A stretch of 38,962 nucleotides of DNA from an uncultured Bdellovibrionales bacterium (GTDB taxonomy: Bacteria > Patescibacteriota > Minisyncoccia > Moranbacterales > GWC2-37-73): positions 1-38,962 of the forward strand of contig CAZAJN010000033.1 of the NCBI GenBank assembly GCA_964485555.1. The letters run 5' to 3'. Made by a program: the position numbers and the translations under genes. This document shows positions 33,354-38,962 of this stretch, in pieces. The notes under the pieces were generated by a model. The model ran no database searches, had not been told where the DNA came from, and was given only the letters and a program-made list of their open reading frames with translations. The first letter of the stretch is position 1. The number at the start of each line of letters is the position of its first letter.

Positions 33354-34754
33354 CTACTGATTACTGTTTCTCAGTTTTTCTGCTACGCGCCAAACATCTC
33401 CAGCTCCCATAGTTATCAGCACATCATATTCTCCAGATTTTTCTTTCAAATATTCTACTGCTTCATCAATTGTTTCTATATATTCAGCCTTATCCCTATT
33501 ATATTTATTTATAAGCTTTACTAAGTCTTCCGACGTAGCCCCTCCTCCGGTTTCCCGAGCGCTTCCATATGTTCCGATCACAACAACTTTTTCCGTATCA
33601 TCAAAACTTTGCGCAAAGTCCTCCAAAAGGGCTTTGGTTCTGGAAAAAGTGTGGGGATGAAAAACTGTCCAAATCCTTTTTCCTTCATAGCGAGTCTTTG
33701 CACCGTTCAAAGTAGGTTTAATCTCGTCAGGATGATGAGCGTAGTCATCAATCAAGACAGCCTCGCCAAATTTTCCGATAAGTTCAAATCGGCGAGAAGT
33801 GCCCTTAGCCTGTGACAAGGATTTTTTTATCTTTTCCAAATCGAGTCCGATCGCATGCGAAAGCGCTATCACAGCAGTTGAATTCAAAACATTATGCTTT
33901 CCAGACAGCGGCGTTTCAAAAATACCCAAACTCTCATCTTCAAAAAAAACTTCAAATGATTGAAAATTTTTCTTATCTTCTTCCATGATTCGTGATTCAT
34001 GATTCATGATTCTGTACATATTATCCTCTCCAAATCCATAGGTCAGCACTTGGCAGTTGGCATCTTTTGCAACCTCAACCGTATCAGAGCTGTCACCCCA
34101 AACAACCAGAAAACCTGTCTTGGGAATTTTGGCGACAAAATCTTTGAAAACTTGCTTGTATGATTGAAAGTCCGGGAAAAAATCAGGATGATCATAGTCA
34201 ACACTGGTCAAGATCACCGACCAAGGTTGATAGAATCTCAATTTATTTTGATATTCATCCGATTCCGCAATAAAATATTCCCCCTGACCGGAAAGTGCGC
34301 TCCCTTGCCAAGCAATGACCTGGGAACCGACAATTGCACTAGGATCTTTTCCGGCGGATGCAAAAGCCTCAGCCAACATAGCAGTCGTGGTTGTTTTTCC
34401 ATGTGTTCCGCAAACTGCAATTCCTAGCTTTTCCTGAAAGAGTTTGCCCAGCATTTCAGGATAACTCAACATAGGAATTCCAGTCTTCTTGGCAGCCGCC
34501 ATTTCCTGATTGTTCTCTTCATTATAGGCTGTGGAAAAAATGATCAGATCTGAATCTCTGGGCACATTTTCAGCTGAAAATTTTTCATAAAATGGAATTT
34601 GCAGACGCTTCAAAATTTCATCTGTATAAAAAACTTCTTCTGTGTCAGATCCACTCACCTCAATTCCTCGACTTTTCAAAATCTCAGCCACAGCAGTCAT
34701 GCCAGCCCCCTTAATTCCAATGCAATAAATTTTCTTCAAATCTTTTATTTCCAT
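33354..34754 (-). CDS. murC: UDP-N-acetylmuramate--L-alanine ligase
   Basis: IGIKGAGMTAVAEIL and the CGTHGKTTTTAML P-loop. Sits in a dcw-type context next to murG. Confidence 0.92.
   Translation of the reverse strand: MEIKDLKKIYCIGIKGAGMTAVAEILKSRGIEVSGSDTEEVFYTDEILKRLQIPFYEKFSAENVPRDSDLIIFSTAYNEENNQEMAAAKKTGIPMLSYPEMLGKLFQEKLGIAVCGTHGKTTTTAMLAEAFASAGKDPSAIVGSQVIAWQGSALSGQGEYFIAESDEYQNKLRFYQPWSVILTSVDYDHPDFFPDFQSYKQVFKDFVAKIPKTGFLVVWGDSSDTVEVAKDANCQVLTYGFGEDNMYRIMNHESRIMEEDKKNFQSFEVFFEDESLGIFETPLSGKHNVLNSTAVIALSHAIGLDLEKIKKSLSQAKGTSRRFELIGKFGEAVLIDDYAHHPDEIKPTLNGAKTRYEGKRIWTVFHPHTFSRTKALLEDFAQSFDDTEKVVVIGTYGSARETGGGATSEDLVKLINKYNRDKAEYIETIDEAVEYLKEKSGEYDVLITMGAGDVWRVAEKLRNSNQ
33985..34012. 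repeat. tandem heptamer array inside murC coding sequence
   Basis: ATGATTC GTGATTC ATGATTC ATGATTC, which is the reverse complement of the intergenic GAATCAT units. It is read in-frame as …YRIMNHESRIMEE…. Confidence 0.8.
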
Positions 34755-34774
34755 GATTTTTTATTACCAATCAA

Positions 34775-35884
34775 TTAAGCGCGCACTATTTCAATGATGC
34801 TGTTTGCAATAACTTCTGCAGCATTTGGGTGATAGAAGGTTCTTATTTCAGTCGTCATCGTCTTGCGTAATTGTTCATCAGACAATATCTTATCGATTTT
34901 TTCCAGCATGATGTGCTCCCCGAGATTTGTTTCCTCAAGAACCAAAGCGGCTCCAATTCGAGCAAGCGAATAGGCATTCATCCGCTGATGATCATTGGCG
35001 CTGTTTGAAAGTGGAATCAAAATTGCAGGCTTTGAGTTGGCAGCGATCTCAGTAATGAAAGTCGCCCCGGATCTGCTTATGACCAAATCACTGAGAGCAA
35101 AAGAGTCGCGGAGCTTGTTGGCATTCATGAATCCGACCGGATAATATCCGCCATGTCCAGCCTTGATTCCCATGAAAGCCGCTTCTCTGACCACATTTTC
35201 CAAATTGGCCTCGCCAGTCTGATGAATGATTTGATAGCGAGTCAGCAATTGCGGCAAAACTTTGATTATTGCGTCATTGATCACTTGAGATCCCTGAGAA
35301 CCACCAAGTATGAGAATGGTTTTTTTGGATTCAGTAAATCCAAGTTCTTTTCTGAGAATGACAGGATCACCATCAACAACCTGATGGCGTATAGGATTTC
35401 CCACAAGTGCAGTTTTCGTCCTTGGAAAATATTCTTCCGCGGAAGGATATGCAACTGCGATACGGTTTGCAAATCTGGCCAAAAATTGATTGGCAAGTCC
35501 AGGCGTGCTGTCCGATTCATGCATCATAACCGGAATGCGATAAATCCAAGCTGCCAGCACAATGGGCACAGCCACATATCCGCCCTTTGAGAAAATGACG
35601 TCCGGCATGAACCGCAGCAATATCCAAAGAGATTGAACAAAGCCGATAGGAATTTTCAAAAAATCAGTAAAATTCTCAAAAGAAAAATAGCGCCTCATTT
35701 TGCCGCTCATCACAAATTTTACCGGGATACCCTCAGCCCCCATGATCTTTTTTTCCATCTCAGCTCCCGACCCAATATACAAAATGTTAGCCTCTGGTCC
35801 TAATTTTGCTTTCAATTTATCAGCGATAGCAACCAAAGGTGTCGTGTGACCCCCAGTCCCCCCGCCTGTTAGTACGATTCGCAT
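34775..35884 (-). CDS. murG: undecaprenyldiphospho-muramoylpentapeptide beta-N-acetylglucosaminyltransferase
   Basis: TGGGTGGHTTP G-loop. 369 aa, located between ftsW and murC. Confidence 0.92.
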   Translation of the reverse strand: MRIVLTGGGTGGHTTPLVAIADKLKAKLGPEANILYIGSGAEMEKKIMGAEGIPVKFVMSGKMRRYFSFENFTDFLKIPIGFVQSLWILLRFMPDVIFSKGGYVAVPIVLAAWIYRIPVMMHESDSTPGLANQFLARFANRIAVAYPSAEEYFPRTKTALVGNPIRHQVVDGDPVILRKELGFTESKKTILILGGSQGSQVINDAIIKVLPQLLTRYQIIHQTGEANLENVVREAAFMGIKAGHGGYYPVGFMNANKLRDSFALSDLVISRSGATFITEIAANSKPAILIPLSNSANDHQRMNAYSLARIGAALVLEETNLGEHIMLEKIDKILSDEQLRKTMTTEIRTFYHPNAAEVIANSIIEIVRA

Positions 35885-35892
35885 AATGTTCA

Positions 35893-35968
35893 GAATTATG
35901 AATTATGAATTATGAATTATGAAAATGCAAATCATACTTAATTCATGATTCATGCTTCATAATTCATC
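35893..35968. repeat. heptamer-armed inverted repeat between ftsW and murG
   Basis: GAATTAT x4 (35893-35920) plus GAAAATG, a 13-nt spacer, then ATTCATG ATTCATG CTTCATA ATTCATC (35941-35968). Confidence 0.8.
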
Positions 35969-36019
35969 TATATAGAATAAGCATACCAACAAATCTGCAA
36001 TAAATCCAGCCAGTTGAAG

Positions 36020-37126
36020 CTAGTTCTCGATGCTGGACTGCTTGGAGATGTTGAGCAAAATTCCAATCGAGGACATCAAGAACACCAGCGAAGTTCCACC
36101 GTAACTTATAAAAGGCAAAGGAATTCCTGTGAGCGGGACAAGAGCGATGTTTGCACTGATGTTTATAAACGCCTGCATGATGATCCAGACCGTGATTCCA
36201 GTGGCAACCAATCGACCGAACATATCCGGTGCATTTTTGGCAATCTTGATTCCTCGCATGGCCAACATGACAAACAATGTCACTAAAATAAAAGCTCCTA
36301 TGAATCCCACCTCTTCTCCAATTACTGCAAAGATTGAATCCCCCACTGGCTCAGGCAGATAGTTGAATTTTTGTCTGCTATGACCCAATCCGACGCCGAA
36401 CAATCCACCCGATCCAACAGCCAACAAGGCCTGATTTATTTGATAGCCGATTCCTTGTGGATCAGCGCCTGGATCCATGAACGCCAAGATTCGATCAAAT
36501 CTGTATGGCTCAAGCTTGATCAGAATCCAAAGCAACGCAGCGCCCATCGCCCCCATCGAAAAAAGATGATTGAATTTCGCGCCCGACACAAAAAAAATAG
36601 CAAAAGAAGACAAAACTATCACGCCGAATGTTCCAGTGTCAGGTTGCTTCATGATCAAAAAACCAACCATACCCATGATTCCCAAAAATGGCAAGAATCC
36701 TTCATAGACGTCTTTGATGCGATTAGCTCCACGACTTTCAAGCCAGGCTGCCAGATAAATAACCATTGCAAGTTTGGCCATTTCTGATGGCTGAAAAGAG
36801 AATGGTCCCAATTGAAGCCAGCGACTTGCTCCATAGATCCTGGAACCGATTCCCGGAACAAAAACCAAAATAAGAAAAATTATAGACAAGAAAAAGAATG
36901 GGACTGCCATCTTTCGCCAATAGTGATAATCTATTTTCTGAAAAAGCCACATCGCCAAAAGACCCGGCATCAATCCAAAAAGAAGTTGTCTCTTGAAAAG
37001 GAAATACGCGTCGCCATAGCGAGTTTCGGAATAAATAATTCCAGCGCTTGAAATCATGATGAGTCCAAAGGTCAACAAAATCAAAACCACTGGAAGCAAC
37101 ACTTTGTCTGGTGCTTTATTTTGCAT
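36020..37126 (-). CDS. ftsW: SEDS-family peptidoglycan polymerase FtsW
   Basis: Polytopic, 368 aa, with …LPEPVGDSIFAVIGEE…. The position upstream of murG favours FtsW over RodA. Confidence 0.85.
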   Translation of the reverse strand: MQNKAPDKVLLPVVLILLTFGLIMISSAGIIYSETRYGDAYFLFKRQLLFGLMPGLLAMWLFQKIDYHYWRKMAVPFFFLSIIFLILVFVPGIGSRIYGASRWLQLGPFSFQPSEMAKLAMVIYLAAWLESRGANRIKDVYEGFLPFLGIMGMVGFLIMKQPDTGTFGVIVLSSFAIFFVSGAKFNHLFSMGAMGAALLWILIKLEPYRFDRILAFMDPGADPQGIGYQINQALLAVGSGGLFGVGLGHSRQKFNYLPEPVGDSIFAVIGEEVGFIGAFILVTLFVMLAMRGIKIAKNAPDMFGRLVATGITVWIIMQAFINISANIALVPLTGIPLPFISYGGTSLVFLMSSIGILLNISKQSSIEN

Positions 37127-37212
37127 AATTCAATAAGTTATTGGAAACATTAGGTATTAGCTGTAGGTCTAGAAGTATGTTGTAAGTTGTAAGTAGCAAA
37201 CCCTACTTCCTA

Positions 37213-37250
37213 AAACATAAGGCTTGTCTTACTGCCAATGCCTTATGTTT
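37213..37250 (-). terminator. putative terminator after trmD
   Basis: AAACATAAGGC (37213-37223) pairs with GCCTTATGTTT (37240-37250): an 11-bp perfect stem with a 16-nt loop. On the minus strand it runs into TTTTAGG. Confidence 0.45.
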
Positions 37251-37267
37251 CTTACTTCTGCCCAACC

Positions 37268-37933
37268 TTATTTTTTGCTTTTCGCCTTACCTTTTCTCCA
37301 CTTCTCAATCTCACCATGATGTCCGCTTAAAAGAACCTCGGGAACCTTCCAACCTTCGAATTCTTCCGGCTTGGAATATTGCGGGTATTCCAAATATCCT
37401 TCTTCACTGTGAGATTCAATTACCGCACTTTGATCATTGCCCAAAACTCCAGGCAGAAGGCGCGTGATACTGTCCACGACAACCATGGCTGGAATTTCAC
37501 CTCCAGTCAGCACGAAATCCCCGATTGAGATTTCCTCATCAACAAGGTTTTCAGCCACTCTTTCATCCACACCTTCATATCGTCCGCATATCATTATGAT
37601 TCGATCATATTCAGCAAGTCTGTGCGCATCGGCTTGCGTGAATCTTTTACCTTTGGCAGAAAAAAGAATGGTGCGAGCAGATGACTGATCACTAATGACC
37701 AATGACTTCTTTATTTCTTTCAAGCAATTGTAAATAGGCTCAACTCGCATCACCATCCCGGCGCCTCCACCATACGGAGTGTCGTCAATGTTGTGATGCT
37801 TGTCTGCAGTATAATCTCTCAAGTTATGCGTCTCAATTTCCACAGCTCCGGCATTTTTAGCACGTTTAATAATAGACTCATTAAAATAGCTGTCGAAAAT
37901 TTCCGGGAAAATTGTGAGGATGTCGAATTTCAT
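37268..37933 (-). CDS. trmD: tRNA (guanine37-N1)-methyltransferase
   Basis: FDILTIFPEIF, YGGGAGMVM, and LTGGEIPAMVVVDSITRLLPGVLG (SPOUT knot). Confidence 0.93.
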   Translation of the reverse strand: MKFDILTIFPEIFDSYFNESIIKRAKNAGAVEIETHNLRDYTADKHHNIDDTPYGGGAGMVMRVEPIYNCLKEIKKSLVISDQSSARTILFSAKGKRFTQADAHRLAEYDRIIMICGRYEGVDERVAENLVDEEISIGDFVLTGGEIPAMVVVDSITRLLPGVLGNDQSAVIESHSEEGYLEYPQYSKPEEFEGWKVPEVLLSGHHGEIEKWRKGKAKSKK

Positions 37934-38080
37934 AAACCTAACGAAATTACAAATTTAATACAAATCTACAAATTATTCAGTATCCCGCAGAAGCCAACTA
38001 ATAATGTATTTTTACTAATAACTGATTTAATTTAAATGCCATTTTTATCTTTAAATAAGCCTGAACTTGCAACTCACTTT

Positions 38081-38151
38081 TGTCATCCTGAATTTATTTC
38101 AGGATCTAGAGTTTCGGCTTATATAGATGCTGAAACAAGTTCAGCATGACA
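38081..38151. repeat. double-hairpin palindromic element, copy B
   Basis: TGTCAT-CCTGAA-tttat-TTCAGG-ATCTAGAG…GAT-GCTGAA-acaag-TTCAGC-ATGACA. Confidence 0.8.
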
Positions 38152-38234
38152 TTGATATCAAATGACCTAATAATATATACATTTTAACATGATTTAATGA
38201 AATAAAAAAGCTCGAACTATATCCAGAAATATCA

Positions 38235-38263
38235 TTGCCAAAGCCAGATTTTCCAAGTATGAT
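38235..38263 (+). promoter_or_regulatory. putative folC promoter giving a leaderless mRNA
   Basis: TTGCCA (38235-38240), N17, TATGAT (38258-38263). The ATG at 38270 starts 7 nt after the -10 box. No SD. Confidence 0.5.
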
Positions 38264-38269
38264 TGTTAG

Positions 38270-38962
38270 ATGAAAATTCAAACGCTGGCACAATTTGAAG
38301 AATTTCTCAAAACCCGCATTCCGACACGGGATGCTTTGTTCATGGGAGATATCGGCCTCAAAAGAGCCAAATACTTCATGAAACTCTTAGGGGATCCTCA
38401 GAACAAAATTAAAGTCATCCATATTGCCGGAACATCCGGCAAAGGCTCAACCGCCTATCTGACCAGCCATATTTTGCAAAGTCAGGGATTCAAGGTCGGA
38501 CTCTCAATTTCACCGCATATTTTTGACATCAGGGAAAGGATGCAAATTGGCAACACCTTTCCGGATGAAAAATTGATTTTAAAATATTTCAACCAGATTC
38601 TTCCCGCAATACGAAAAATGGAAAGTTGCAAATATGGCGCCCCGACATTTTTTGAAATAAATGTAGGATTGGCATTTTTCATGTTCGACAAAGAAAAGAT
38701 TGACTACGCGGTCATGGAAACTGGTCTGGGCGGAACCCTGGACGCAACCAACACGGTCACCTCAAAAAATAAAATCTGCATCATCACAAAAATAGGGCTG
38801 GATCACACTGAAATTCTCGGAAAAACAATTGCAAAAATTGCTGAGCAGAAAGCAGGAATAATCGGAAAGCAAAATACAACAATCAATATCCAACAGTCAG
38901 CTAGAGCACAAAAAATTATCAAAGAAAGATGCATTGATAAAAAATCCCAGCTTTTCACAATC
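38270..38962 (+). CDS. folC: folylpolyglutamate synthase / dihydrofolate synthase (Mur-ligase family), N-terminal part
   Basis: Absent from the ORF track because it is open at the right edge. My translation: MKIQTLAQFEEFLKTRIP…VIHIAGTSGKGSTAYL…VMETGLGGTLDATN…GLDHTEILG. 693 nt is 231 codons, in frame to the window end. Confidence 0.85.
   Translation, partial: MKIQTLAQFEEFLKTRIPTRDALFMGDIGLKRAKYFMKLLGDPQNKIKVIHIAGTSGKGSTAYLTSHILQSQGFKVGLSISPHIFDIRERMQIGNTFPDEKLILKYFNQILPAIRKMESCKYGAPTFFEINVGLAFFMFDKEKIDYAVMETGLGGTLDATNTVTSKNKICIITKIGLDHTEILGKTIAKIAEQKAGIIGKQNTTINIQQSARAQKIIKERCIDKKSQLFTI

Noticed and set aside
35893-35968. Whether the tandem short repeats here, at 8201-8268 and at 13512-13602 could be a CRISPR array.
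   Set aside because: The units are 7-8 nt, directly abutting with no spacers, and arranged as inverted blocks. No cas genes are present. This is not CRISPR.
1-38962. Alternative genetic code (UGA recoding as in some CPR lineages).
   Set aside because: All recognisable genes give full-length products with the standard code, and TGA is used as a genuine stop (for example at 20360-20362, 21791-21793 and 31619-21). There are no in-frame TGA interruptions of conserved domains.

Overview
AT-rich, tightly packed and almost entirely minus-strand housekeeping region of a small-genome bacterium. The gene content and style suggest Patescibacteria/CPR, but that is inference only: peptidoglycan genes, a sigma-region-4/HARE-HTH protein, a TraD-like ATPase with a P/Q-rich tail, and start codons without Shine-Dalgarno (SD) sequences. 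Minus-strand order, right to left: trmD, ftsW, murG, murC, GT39 glycosyltransferase, [+ strand small-protein operon], large GT2 glycosyltransferase, P-type ATPase, murB, hpf, secA, FN3-like secreted protein, Nudix, small acidic protein, secD, secF, small Met-rich protein, [+ strand GGDEF gene], tyrS, pheS, pheT, sigma4/HARE-HTH protein, membrane protein + TraD/VirD4-like ATPase, HAD, DHFR-like, SDR, MazG-like, murI, mnmA, two small proteins, alaS (partial). folC (partial, + strand) lies at the right edge. I saw no tRNA/rRNA, CRISPR array, transposase or integrase. The unusual signals are at sequence level. (1) An identical 18-nt GC-rich palindrome sits in-frame (LPAGRQ) in both mnmA and pheT. 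(2) A 16-nt palindrome TCCGCCARCTGGCGGA occurs four times, three copies flanked by direct repeats. (3) A ~182-nt nested-helix element upstream of secD is a candidate structured RNA. (4) A ~72-nt double-hairpin element is present twice with compensatory stem changes. (5) Intergenic hairpins have arms made of tandem 7-8-mers, and the same heptamer array occurs in-frame inside murC. (6) The canonical SecA C-terminal zinc finger is encoded out of frame. (7) SecD carries an inserted parvulin-type PPIase segment. (8) The + strand islands have consensus promoters and strong SDs, in contrast to the SD-less housekeeping genes. They include a candidate sRNA and a two-gene small-protein operon sharing one promoter module. 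All calls come from reading the sequence and ORF track by eye; no searches were run.
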